Assembly (NCBI GenBank): GCA_937625935.1
Contig: OW569353.1
Span: 186,001 to 250,000, forward strand
Length of the DNA: 64,000 nucleotides
Direction: 5' to 3'
Source: Tetramitus jugosus
Taxonomy: Eukaryota > Protista > Heterolobosea
Made by a program: the position numbers and the translations under genes. The notes beneath the pieces were generated by a model. That model was given only the letters and a program-made list of their open reading frames with translations. It ran no database searches and was not told the DNA's origin. How positions within the stretch are numbered: the stretch's first letter is position 1; every line of letters begins with the position of its first letter. This document shows positions 1-10,186 of this stretch, piece after piece.

Positions 1-736
1 CTCCTGACGATTCAACAAAGTCCAATTCTTGACCAACAGTGCTCTGTCGTCTCTTTGGATTGAACATTTGCTTATTGCTCTTAAAGTAGGTGCTTGGTGA
101 GGAAGGTGAAGAGGACAAATTTGGTGTAATGACACTGGTAGTAGGTGTGATGAGGGAGGATGCTGCCGAGTCAAATGAGAAAAAGTTGCGATGATGATGG
201 TGATAATGAGGCAATGCAGGTGCAGAGTGTGGTGTTTTCATGTCTGTGCTGCTACCTACTGAATTGACTGTACTAGCGACACTAGAAGCACCAGTGTTAG
301 TAGTCGCAGTAGTAGTAGTAGATCGAATTTGTGAGACATCAAATGTGAATGCAGCAATAGCAGATAAAGGTGTAGGAAGAGGAGACAATTGTCCACTCAT
401 GACAATGTCTTGAGCAGCACTCAATGATTGTTGTCTCTTGTGAACGTGAACACGAAGATCCAATCTCTTGTTTGTAGGTGGACCAGTCACTACAATGCTC
501 TTTGTGGTCATGCATTGGTTGTTGAGTTGAATGTTGGGTCGACTGAGACTGGCTGATCTGTATCGACGAGGTGACATGACATCAACGTTGACACTGAGAC
601 TGTTGCTGCGTTTGGAACGAGGAGAGTATGGTGGGATAATGACGTTGAGGTGATTGTTGGAAGTGTTGTTGTTGTTGTTGGATGCCAACACAACCTTGAT
701 GTTATTATTTTGTTCTTGTTGTTGTTGTTGCTGCAT
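1..736 (-). CDS. 5' part of a low-complexity Ser/Thr/Gln-rich protein running off the window edge
   Basis: ATG at 736 opens a stop-free frame to position 1 (MQQQQQQEQNNNIKVVLAS...SPRRYRSASLS...KRRQSTVGQELDFVESSG). It is absent from the ORF track because no stop lies within the window. Confidence 0.7.
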   Translation of the reverse strand, partial: MQQQQQQEQNNNIKVVLASNNNNNTSNNHLNVIIPPYSPRSKRSNSLSVNVDVMSPRRYRSASLSRPNIQLNNQCMTTKSIVVTGPPTNKRLDLRVHVHKRQQSLSAAQDIVMSGQLSPLPTPLSAIAAFTFDVSQIRSTTTTATTNTGASSVASTVNSVGSSTDMKTPHSAPALPHYHHHHRNFFSFDSAASSLITPTTSVITPNLSSSPSSPSTYFKSNKQMFNPKRRQSTVGQELDFVESSG

Positions 737-1239
737 GTAATTTTCTAGGAAGCTAGAGTTGTAGCTGGGCATATTGTATGTGCTTGACTGTTTGTTTTTT
801 TGGTGGTTGTTGGATGATGATGAGAAGCTTTTTTTGTGGTGAGGTGTTGTTTGAAAGAGATGTTGTTTGTTGAGATAAAAGGAAAAACTTTAATACGTGT
901 ATTCCTGCTGCTTGATAACGACAGTGGGGTGTTTGAGTTTGTTGTTTTGGTTTTCTTTTCTAATGCAAGGAAGAATTCTTTTATTGAGGAGTGGGGCTCC
1001 GGAGCGCACAATGTGATCGTCCCTTTGGCCCAAAGATTTTTGAGGATTTTCGAGGAAGTTGGAGAATAGAGGCAGAAGATGTTCCTGAACGATGCCAAAT
1101 ATCCAACGGCGACGGGCCAATGCGGACGTTACGGAGCGGATGAACGTCGCTTCGGACCTGAACCAGAAATAGTCCTCAGTCCTAAAATCCGATAGATCAA
1201 TTTGCTGATTGACTCAATACAACCAGCAAGAAAGTAAAA

Positions 1240-2442
1240 ATGTATCACAATGAACAATCGTACACATTCTATTCAACCATAAACCAAAACTACATACAAG
1301 AGAACAACGATCATAGACACTTTCATGTGATCGAGCATCTGTTACATCATAATCACGATTTAACGACTACCACCTCGCTGGGAGTGTCTCCATCCACAAT
1401 TCAAACCAAAGAAAAAGATTCTTACAACATTTTATGTCTAGATGGCGGTGGCATGAGAGGTCTTGTTCAATGTGAGATGTTAAAGTCACTTCACCGGTAC
1501 TGTCATAACAAACCAGTTCACGAGTTGTTCGACATGGTGGTGGGAGTGGGCGCAGGATCTATTTTGGCATGTTTAATTGCTCAACAAAAAGATATTGGAG
1601 TTGCTATCCACATGTATGATCAAATCTCAAGAGAGGTTTTCAGCAGAAAGAGTGTCCGTGGAGTACTCAAGATGATCAATGACGAAAACAAAGGAAAATA
1701 CAACTCCAAACTCTATCGATCTTTTGTGGAGAACACAATGGGGAGTGATTTCTTGCTGAACCCGATGGATCCTGATCCTAAATTGAAGTTGGTTGTCCTT
1801 GCAACAGAGTTGGACAGAGCAATGGATTCATATGAAACAGTTTTGTTTCGAAATTACAAGAGCCGGTATCAAGATAGAGGTTGTGATTTCGAGAATATTA
1901 GAACCCATGAAGCGATTAATTCCTCAACCGCGGCTCCATTCTACATGGATGCCGTTCAAATTGGCGACACAAAGTTTGTTGGAGGAGGCGTAGTGAACAA
2001 CAATCCTACCTTTCAAGCTATATTGGAGGCTAGAGCAGTGTTTGGGTCAGAGAAGAAATTTACCATTGTGAACCTCGGAACAGGAGAGAAACACATCAAT
2101 GTCGCCGAACAAGCCATGAATACAATCAAATCGAAAGGAGAAAGCATTCTCCCAAAGAAAAAGAAAAGAGGTATTACTTTAAGTGCTTCTCGATTGATTA
2201 GTGTCAGTAATGACTGTCACCGTATCACTGAGGATGTGGAGAAGTATCTGGTTTCGAGCTGTGAGCCTGGCCAGATCTCATGCTTTCGTTTCTCACCACC
2301 CGAGGTTGGCCAGATCAGCATTGGAACTCACGATCCAGAAAAGTTGAATTTCATGATGAACATGACCAATCACTATATCCGAAAAAACTCTTACGAGTTG
2401 CGTAGATGCGCCAACTGCCTGATCTCCAGTTCAATCCAGTAA
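1240..2442 (+). CDS. Patatin-like (iPLA2-type) phospholipase homolog, apparently catalytically dead
   Basis: LCLDGGGMRG oxyanion motif, LFDMVVG and SSTAAPFY are present. GxSxG reads GVGAG and DGG reads GGG. Confidence 0.85.
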   Translation: MYHNEQSYTFYSTINQNYIQENNDHRHFHVIEHLLHHNHDLTTTTSLGVSPSTIQTKEKDSYNILCLDGGGMRGLVQCEMLKSLHRYCHNKPVHELFDMVVGVGAGSILACLIAQQKDIGVAIHMYDQISREVFSRKSVRGVLKMINDENKGKYNSKLYRSFVENTMGSDFLLNPMDPDPKLKLVVLATELDRAMDSYETVLFRNYKSRYQDRGCDFENIRTHEAINSSTAAPFYMDAVQIGDTKFVGGGVVNNNPTFQAILEARAVFGSEKKFTIVNLGTGEKHINVAEQAMNTIKSKGESILPKKKKRGITLSASRLISVSNDCHRITEDVEKYLVSSCEPGQISCFRFSPPEVGQISIGTHDPEKLNFMMNMTNHYIRKNSYELRRCANCLISSSIQ

Positions 2443-2662
2443 ATGAACCTTCACAATTCGGAAATCAACAAAATTACTCCTCCACTCTTTTGAAGTTTCA
2501 CGATTGCTGTTCACTTCCAAGAGTTCCACGATCATCCTGTCAAAAAGGACTACGCGAAATTTGGACAACCAAGAAGAAAAAACTAAACAACTCTTCTATT
2601 ATATACATACATCCGTCGAAACAAAGTTTCACTCACTGTTTGATTACACACAACTACTCAAA

Positions 2663-5600
2663 ATGAATAGAATTAAGACTGCCATTGGAAGAAACAAGCT
2701 TGCTTCCGTTCAAAACTTTGCTACCAAGCGTTTGATGAGAGACTTGTCTCAAATCAAGAAGGAACCTTTGCCAGGTATCAGTGCACTCCCTTTGGAGCAC
2801 GACTTGTTCACTTGGCACTGTAACATTATGGGTCCAAAGGACACTCCATGGGAAGGTGGTATCTTCCACATTGTGATGAACTTTGATCAAAACTATCCAA
2901 ACTCACCACCAACTCTGACATTGTGTACTCGTATTGAGCACCCTAACGTCATTGGAAACAGAGTCTGTTTGGACATGTTGGAGAAGAGAGAGGCAACTGA
3001 TGTGAGCAAGTATGAGGGATGGAGCTCTGCTTACACTGTTCAAAGTGTTCTCATTCAATTGCAAGCCTTTTTGTTTGAAGCTGAGGTGAGCAAGGTTCTC
3101 AGAGACATTAGCAACCCAAAGGACTATGAGAAGAAGAAGAAGGAATGGCTCAGTGGTGTGACTTGGTCTGTCGAACAGTCCAAGAGCTACACTGATAAGT
3201 CTGTGGGTCATTTCCCACCTCGCTCTCCATGGCCTCCACTTCCAGAGGAAAAGGATTTGACTGCAAGTGCTCAATTGAACACTGATCAAATGATCAAGGA
3301 TGAGTTGTCTTGTTTCTATACAAGACAATCATTCGAAGAGGACTGTTTGGGCTATGGTGTCAGTTACTCCAAGAATTTGCGTACCGGTGAGATCAAGTCC
3401 ATTCAAAGTCCATTGGACTTGCTTTCATTGAGAGCTTACATGAATCACAAGTTGAGATTGTCAGCCGACAATGATAAGTTTACTCATTTCCTTCCAATTT
3501 ATATCAACGAGAAGCATGGTGAGAAGGCAATTTACTTGGCAAAGAGATCCATCTCTATCATTTGTACTGGACGTCACGGTAACTTTGAACCAAACATGGT
3601 TTTGGAGATTTTGCCAAAGTTGATGAGTACTATGGTTGTTGAAGTCATGTCCGGAAAGAAGCATGCTAGCTTGAAGGCTTTGAAGGGTTATTGCTTCTTC
3701 CACAGAATGTTGCTTCAATTCGTCAAGGAATACCCAGAATTGAAGACCAAGGCTAACCAAATTGTTCACGACTTTATCCATGATGAATCAAAGAGACACA
3801 AGGAAAATGGCGTGCCAAATCTTGGTGAATTCTTGACCATCATCCCAATTTCGGACTACAAGTGGAGTGATGTGAGAGACGCCTACGTGCAAGAATCTTT
3901 CACACGTAATGTCTACTGGTTGTTGAACAAGTATCCAGAACTTGAACAAGAATCTAGCGAGGAGTTCAATGATGAGGACAGACTCAAATACTCTTTTGAC
4001 AGCTCAAAGACCTCTCAAAAGTTGCTCATGTTCCACGTTTTCTTCTTGAACAAGATTGCTAGACCAGATGACAAGAATGTTGACCAAATCATTCAAGAGT
4101 ATGACAACAACTATGGCAGACCAACTTCTCAATTCGAAGATTTGTTTATCTCTGCTTGTGAGTCAATCAACGAATGTGCAGGCTACGACCAATTCTTTAA
4201 CAGCATTGGCAAGCCACTCACAAAGGATAACATTATCAACTTGTTGAAGGAGTCTATCAAGGCTTCCAAGGAAAAGGGCTATCACGGAAGTAAGGCTTCT
4301 GTTCTCTCACCAGAACAGTTTGCAAAGGAAAATAGACATGTTGACTTGGAAAAGATGTGCACTAAGACTACTGATGATGAATTTGTGCTTAGCGCAGATG
4401 AAGAACAATGGAAGGATATGTGTAATACAAGATGGGGTCTCCACGAGTTGCCAGAGTACTTGCATGGTGCTTCGAATGCATGGAGAAAGCTCTATCTCCA
4501 AAACAATTTGCAAGACTTGATCTCCAGCCTCAACGACGTTCCAGATATGCCATTGTTGCACAAGACTGTTGAACTCAGTTCAGAGATTCCAAGACTTGAA
4601 ATTGCTATGTTTGAACCAACAAACATCAAGTCCAAGTACTTCTTCTTGACTGTGCTATTGACCAAGCTCAAGAATTTGAACACATTGATCATCAAGAAGG
4701 GAGAAACTGGTTTGGGAACTAACGGTTTCAAGGCATTGGTCAAGGGTTTGGCAAACAACCCAGGTACTCTTGAGGCCTTGATCCTCGAGTTCTGTGACAT
4801 TAATGCCAGATCTATTGAGGAGTTGACAAAGGGCAAACTTGTCAGTGGCAATTTGCGCAAGCTAGTCTTGAGAGGTAATCCTCTTGACGACCGTGGCGCT
4901 GAGCACTTGGGTGCATTCTTGAGACAACACGGAAACTTGCCTCATTTGACTGAGTTGGATCTCTCTGACTGTAGAATTAATCACACTGGAGCCAATAGCA
5001 TCGCTGAGGCTCTTCTTGTCAAGAAGGAGTTGAAGAAGTTGAACATGATTAAGAATCCTTGCAATGCTGGATTGGAGACCATCTTCAAGAATCTATCATA
5101 CAGTCCATCTATTGTTGAGTTTAACGCCTCAAAGGTTCAAGGATCATTCAGAGACTCTGGTTCAGAATCATTGAAGAAGTTGTTGCAACTTTCTGTTTCT
5201 CTTGAGAAATTGAACTTGTGGCAAGCAACAGGTATCACTTCTGTGTCCGCAACAGTGTTCGCAGAGTTGGAAAAGAACACTTCATTGAAGGAATTAGATT
5301 TGGACTCCACTGGATACAATAGAATCATTGAAATTGGTAAGGCTTTGAGAAAGAATACCACTTTGGAGAAGCTATGCCTAGGTAACAACAACATTAGCAG
5401 CACTGACATCTTTAATTTCCTCGAGGAATTGAAGAAGGAGGATGGTTCATTCAGTGTTCAGCACTTGGATCTCTCTCGCAACAACTTTGAAAGTGCTAAC
5501 AAGCATAAGCACAAGCACACTATTGGTCAGTTGATTGAAATGGGCAAAAAATTGACCTATGTCAATTTGAGCTCAGCCAGATTGGGTGTCACTCACATGG

Positions 5601-6568
5601 AAACTATTGGTGAGGCATTGAAGCCACAACATAACTTGCAGTTGAAGACATTGGTGTTGAAGGGTAACAACATTGGCAAGTACGGTGCAAAGCATCTTGT
5701 TGAGGCGTTGAAGGTCAACACTGTCTTGGAGAATTTGGATCTTTCTGGTAATGATATCGGAGTGTTGGGATCCCAATCCGTTGCTGCATTCTTGAAGCAT
5801 AACAAGAGCATCAAGACTTTGAACTTGTTCGGTAATTTGATTGAAATTGAGGGTGCATTGAATATTGCTGAAGCCTTGAAATCCAACACCACTTTGACTG
5901 ATCTCGATCTAGGCTTAAACAGAATCAGAGCTCGTGGTGCTGAAGCTATTTCTGATTTGTTGGCTGTTAACTCAACACTGACCAGAATTGGACTCAAGCA
6001 TAACCATATTAATGACAAGACTGGCTTGAGGTTGGCCAATGCCATCGTTAATAACAAGCAAAGCGCATTGAAATATATTGCTCTTGCTGGCAACTTCTTG
6101 AGTGTACCAACCAGAAGTGAGATTGCCGTCTTGTTCAACCAACAAGGAACAAAGGGTTTGGTGTTCGACTTGGCCAAGCTTGTTGAAGTCAAGGATCCTG
6201 AGAGAATGGAGAGAACTGTGTACTTGAGTCCTTTGCCTGGTACTGTCACTGAGCAACAAATTAAGAAGTTGTTCTACCAGAACAAGTGTGGTGTCTGTTT
6301 GAATGTCTCCATTCATACCCACAAGGTCAACGCCATCTTCAAGAAGAGCAAGTATGCCTTCCTTGAGTTTGCTCATGTTGACAGTGTCGCCCTTGCCATG
6401 AGACTTTGCAATGCCAAGAAGAATTACATTGCAGGCAATGAGGTGAGAATCGTTCGTGCTGGTATCCAACAAAAGGAAGAAGTTGTTGAGAAGAAGGCTC
6501 CACAAGCTCAACGTCCAACATGGGGAGATTCCACACGTGGTCGTGGTGCAAGAAGAGGAAGAAGATAA
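2663..6568 (+). CDS. Multidomain protein: ubiquitin-conjugating (UBC/E2) domain, helical conserved region, RNI-like LRRs, RRM, RG-rich tail
   Basis: KRLMRDL..WHCNIMGP.DTPWEGG.F..YPNSPP..HPNV....VCLDML (E2 with catalytic Cys); many LxxLxLxxNxI repeats; RRM with TVYLSPLP and KYAFLEF; ends RGRGARRGRR. First ATG is at 2663. Confidence 0.9.
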   Translation: MNRIKTAIGRNKLASVQNFATKRLMRDLSQIKKEPLPGISALPLEHDLFTWHCNIMGPKDTPWEGGIFHIVMNFDQNYPNSPPTLTLCTRIEHPNVIGNRVCLDMLEKREATDVSKYEGWSSAYTVQSVLIQLQAFLFEAEVSKVLRDISNPKDYEKKKKEWLSGVTWSVEQSKSYTDKSVGHFPPRSPWPPLPEEKDLTASAQLNTDQMIKDELSCFYTRQSFEEDCLGYGVSYSKNLRTGEIKSIQSPLDLLSLRAYMNHKLRLSADNDKFTHFLPIYINEKHGEKAIYLAKRSISIICTGRHGNFEPNMVLEILPKLMSTMVVEVMSGKKHASLKALKGYCFFHRMLLQFVKEYPELKTKANQIVHDFIHDESKRHKENGVPNLGEFLTIIPISDYKWSDVRDAYVQESFTRNVYWLLNKYPELEQESSEEFNDEDRLKYSFDSSKTSQKLLMFHVFFLNKIARPDDKNVDQIIQEYDNNYGRPTSQFEDLFISACESINECAGYDQFFNSIGKPLTKDNIINLLKESIKASKEKGYHGSKASVLSPEQFAKENRHVDLEKMCTKTTDDEFVLSADEEQWKDMCNTRWGLHELPEYLHGASNAWRKLYLQNNLQDLISSLNDVPDMPLLHKTVELSSEIPRLEIAMFEPTNIKSKYFFLTVLLTKLKNLNTLIIKKGETGLGTNGFKALVKGLANNPGTLEALILEFCDINARSIEELTKGKLVSGNLRKLVLRGNPLDDRGAEHLGAFLRQHGNLPHLTELDLSDCRINHTGANSIAEALLVKKELKKLNMIKNPCNAGLETIFKNLSYSPSIVEFNASKVQGSFRDSGSESLKKLLQLSVSLEKLNLWQATGITSVSATVFAELEKNTSLKELDLDSTGYNRIIEIGKALRKNTTLEKLCLGNNNISSTDIFNFLEELKKEDGSFSVQHLDLSRNNFESANKHKHKHTIGQLIEMGKKLTYVNLSSARLGVTHMETIGEALKPQHNLQLKTLVLKGNNIGKYGAKHLVEALKVNTVLENLDLSGNDIGVLGSQSVAAFLKHNKSIKTLNLFGNLIEIEGALNIAEALKSNTTLTDLDLGLNRIRARGAEAISDLLAVNSTLTRIGLKHNHINDKTGLRLANAIVNNKQSALKYIALAGNFLSVPTRSEIAVLFNQQGTKGLVFDLAKLVEVKDPERMERTVYLSPLPGTVTEQQIKKLFYQNKCGVCLNVSIHTHKVNAIFKKSKYAFLEFAHVDSVALAMRLCNAKKNYIAGNEVRIVRAGIQQKEEVVEKKAPQAQRPTWGDSTRGRGARRGRR

Positions 6569-6682
6569 ACAAGGTGTTTCCTCACGAGCATAAATAAATG
6601 AAATTTGTTTTCATTAAAAACACTCTAATCAGAACAGTGCACTCTCATTATTATTGCCAGATCAAAAACGACAAAAAAAACA

Positions 6683-7357
6683 ATGAGCAACAAGCGTGAC
6701 CGAATCCATCACTTTGCAGGACAAGACTGCACCTTTGAATTTGAGAAAAAGTTTGATCAATCACCGAACAAGATCTTCCAGTTTCGTCTGCGGTCCCATT
6801 ACGAGAGTCAATTGAGTTGGTTTCTGGGAAACTTTGGTCTATTCTTTCTGTTTGTTTTCGCAGTTGTAGCTCTGTTTGCTGTTCTTTGGCACAAGGGCTT
6901 GCAATCACACGTTCATTTTATTGTCTGGTTTCTGTTGTTTGTGTTCTGCTTGGTGTATTTGACCATCAAGCTAAGATCACAGCATGCCATGGTTCATTCT
7001 GAAACGATAACTGCGATCGAGGGTCATGGAATACAGATTACAACATCATGCTATCGATTCTGGCCATGGATGCAAGAACCAGTGATCACCGAAAGAGCTC
7101 TGATTGATTTGAATCGGATACAATCCTTGTTTATGAATGAGGGTTTTCATGTGAACAAGGTCATTTATTACATGGCAATGCTTGTGAAGGATGAAGAACG
7201 ATTGATTTTGCCGTTCAAGGAGTTGTTTCCGAGAATGCACTTGGCCATTTTCATTTATCAATGTTGTCGGCATGTGTTGTATGGTGAGCCAGAACCCAGT
7301 TTTGAAAAGTTATTGGAAACGTTGAGCAACACCCCTTCAAGAAACATTGTTGCTTGA
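6683..7357 (+). CDS. PIGH: GPI-GlcNAc transferase subunit PIG-H/Gpi15
   Basis: Two TM helices, then ETITAIEGHGIQIT and FMNEGF..KVIYYMAMLV....LILPF..LFPR, typical of PIG-H. Confidence 0.8.
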   Translation: MSNKRDRIHHFAGQDCTFEFEKKFDQSPNKIFQFRLRSHYESQLSWFLGNFGLFFLFVFAVVALFAVLWHKGLQSHVHFIVWFLLFVFCLVYLTIKLRSQHAMVHSETITAIEGHGIQITTSCYRFWPWMQEPVITERALIDLNRIQSLFMNEGFHVNKVIYYMAMLVKDEERLILPFKELFPRMHLAIFIYQCCRHVLYGEPEPSFEKLLETLSNTPSRNIVA

Positions 7358-7666
7358 TATATTTTTCAGTTTACAACATTGCCTGAAAAAGTTTTTTGTC
7401 GTTCATTTTTGTTTCTCTTATCGGATGTCAACCAAAAATAATTATACATTTTAAATAAGAACGAGCAAGTATGTCAGGCAGAAATATTTTCATTACATTC
7501 GAGGCTAAAACAGGTGTCGCTTTGATTCGTCACTCTTGTATCAAGGTTGTCAAACGTTACCCATACAAAAATTCAAATAACAACTTTGACGACATCCACC
7601 TTCCTCATCATTCAATTTTTGATTTCATTTCACCAAAGAACTGTATACTCTTGTCACCAGTAACAT

Positions 7667-8518
7667 ATGAGGTTTCGAAAAAAGTGGACCAAAGTCTATC
7701 GCAGCGAACGAGAAAGAAAGGACACATGTAAAACCAGCAGTAACAGAACGATAACGGGAGAGACTTCTGTGAAAGCTTATCGAAAGGTCATCTCTCCGTT
7801 CATGAATCATGTGAGAAGTTGGTCAAGTAAGACGATGCGAAGCACGATATTCAGGAGGAATAAAGTGATTCGAACCTATCAGCTAGACAAGTGGATTCAC
7901 GGATGGAGGCACACTCTGAACCAGGAGAAGCTCGGTGCATCAAAAGATTACTTCACCGTTGAAAACTCATTCTTTCTGGTGGATGCTCGAAGACATGACG
8001 AGTACATGTTCAGCCATCTCAAAGGAGCCATTAACTTTCCATCCATGGTGCCATCATCAGAATTTATGAATTATGTTCACAGGAGCACTCCGGTCGTTGT
8101 GTACTGCACCGTTGGTTTAAGATCAGGAATCTTAACAAGACGTCTGAGAAAGCTTGGTTTCCACAATGCAATGACACTCTCAGGAAGCATGTACAAATGG
8201 GTGAATGAGGGAAGGCCACTATATAGAGAGTCTGAAATAGTAGCAGGTGTAGTACCGCAACATTGGCTTGCTAGTTTACTGCTGTTGCCAGACTATGTGC
8301 GCCACCCTCAAGTAAAGACTGCACGAGGTCCTCGATTATTTGGAGGAGCAAAGAGAGTCTTCTTGGGTACCAAGCAAGCACTCATGTCAACTCATCAGTA
8401 CCATCAGCATTACAGGAAGAGATACAAGATGGAGAAGAAACACAAGCGCGATCAAACTTATAGACATCATTTCCTGCACTATGATCCCAAAAAGTTGACA
8501 GCTTGGTCAACTGCCTAA
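7667..8518 (+). CDS. Rhodanese-domain protein with basic extensions
   Basis: LVDARRHDEY..SHLKGAIN, active loop VVYCTVGLRS, LSGSMYKW. Confidence 0.85.
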   Translation: MRFRKKWTKVYRSERERKDTCKTSSNRTITGETSVKAYRKVISPFMNHVRSWSSKTMRSTIFRRNKVIRTYQLDKWIHGWRHTLNQEKLGASKDYFTVENSFFLVDARRHDEYMFSHLKGAINFPSMVPSSEFMNYVHRSTPVVVYCTVGLRSGILTRRLRKLGFHNAMTLSGSMYKWVNEGRPLYRESEIVAGVVPQHWLASLLLLPDYVRHPQVKTARGPRLFGGAKRVFLGTKQALMSTHQYHQHYRKRYKMEKKHKRDQTYRHHFLHYDPKKLTAWSTA

Positions 8519-8554
8519 CGTACATCAAACAATTAAAAGGTAATTGAGTCTCAG

Positions 8555-8748
8555 TTTACGAGTGCGGTTATGAAGCACACAAGGGTCAGAAGAATCGGTC
8601 TTGGAACGATACCGTGCCTCGACCGAAGTCGACGAGGATGCAGGGATGTCCGCCCCACACCAACACGATACATTCATATGACATCTCACCACGAATTTTC
8701 TCATCATTTAACTACAGATCATTCTTTGCTGTGAAAATCACTCGTAAA
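8555..8748 (-). ncRNA. Candidate structured non-coding RNA (C/D-box-like, with a Y-shaped domain)
   Basis: 10-bp terminal inverted repeat (8555-8564/8739-8748); minus-strand AUGAUGA (8701-8707) and CUGA (8586-8589); nested stems with G-U pairs and a C(UUCG)G tetraloop (8619-8632). Confidence 0.5.
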
Positions 8749-8831
8749 ATCGCAAATTCTTTGTGAGAGCAATAATTATGGTTTCAAGTGTGAAATTTTT
8801 TTTTCGGAGATTCTTATTGTTGTATCAGTTT

Positions 8832-9809
8832 TTATTCAAGCACCGGTGTGTTCCACAATCCATCGTCCAAGTAATGGATGTTGTCAACACCAATTCCAGA
8901 GTTTATAGATGCACTTTCGAGCAAAATATTGTTAATACTATCATCTCACACAACCACACAGCACATAAAACAACAAACTTACATATCCTTTGCTGACATT
9001 TTCGTCCATCCAATTGCCAATGCATGTTCCTTGCCTTCAACCATGATAGCGACTGGCTGCTCTTTTTCGACACTCATGTCCATTTTGGCGCCCTCTGAAG
9101 TCAAACCAGGACACATGATATGCGCTCCGCTCATCACAAATTTCACTGCACCACGATCGACTTGCATGTGAGGCAACAAGAATGGATCTATATAGAGAAC
9201 AATCATATATACAACAGTAAGTCAACCATAAATTATTCCGTCGTTGTCCATTGCCATGATAAAAACAATTGTATTCACAACATCATACAACAACAATAAT
9301 CACCAAACCAACAACAACAAAAAGAATAAAAGCTTTCATGAGCATTCATGACACAAACACAGTTCTGGTTACCAGAAAAATCAATAAACAACATACACTT
9401 GTGCAAAACTCTCAACGTAGGCATATAAGCTCCTTCATAATACCTGAAAAATAATGGAACATTATCAACCAAATACATTGTCACGTGATCTCTGCACTTT
9501 GCCATGAAAAGTGGCGTCTTTTTTGGCAAAATATCTTCAGAGTATGGCTCTAGCAATGGAAATTGATCCATAATACCCTTTCTGACATCTCTCTGGGCGG
9601 AAGACTTGAGTTGAGTCGTAGAGCTAACGTTATCTTTTTGTGTGAATCTTTAGAAACCGACAACAGACATGAATGATCAGAGAATCAATCAAACATAAAA
9701 ATGAAAAAAAAAAGTTATTATCGTCGTGATGATGATGATGATCGTCAAAGTGTTTGAATTGAATGGTTTCAAGTGACAGTGAAGCAATAGATATTTACTT
9801 TCTGAACAT
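8832..9809 (-). CDS. MCTS1: MCT-1/Tma20 translation reinitiation factor (PUA domain), 4 exons
   Basis: Exons 9809-9799, 9647-9397, 9187-8983 and 8913-8832 join via GT-AG introns to give [13 protein letters not shown]...[39 protein letters not shown]...[15 protein letters not shown]. Confidence 0.93.
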
Positions 9810-10186
9810 TTGTTGCGTCAAGTGATTCTTCTCTGTTGTTCTTGTGTCGGAGCAAATGCTTTTGTTTTGTGTCGGGACCCAAAAAACACTGGAGAGAGCT
9901 GCGGAGGTTCGCTCTGCTGCATCCACACCACAATTACTCAACAACACAATACGACGTCGAAAAAACACTTCACCACCTTCCTCAAGGACCAAAAAAAACA
10001 ACCACAGACAGTAACAACAACAACCACAACGCACGTTGGGCCCATTGTGAAGCAGCAAAAACCTTTCTGTTTCTCACATCAATATTCTTGCCCTTTTCAC
10101 CCACACAAGCTCAAAAAACTTTTTACAGCACACACAACACAACAACGCTACTATCAGGGAGATCCTCTAGTTAAGAGCAGCTCATA

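Noticed and set aside
745-1120. Three short overlapping ORFs in the track
   Set aside because: Low-complexity 5'UTR/promoter sequence between divergent genes, non-ATG starts and no motifs.
2504-2662. N-terminal extension of the E2 protein in the ORF track
   Set aside because: It begins at a non-ATG codon in A-rich leader sequence; the first ATG in good context is at 2663.
5593-6511. Long antisense ORFs inside the E2-LRR gene (similar ones at 41799-42482 and 29050-29727)
   Set aside because: These are shadow ORFs caused by codon bias or low complexity of the real genes.
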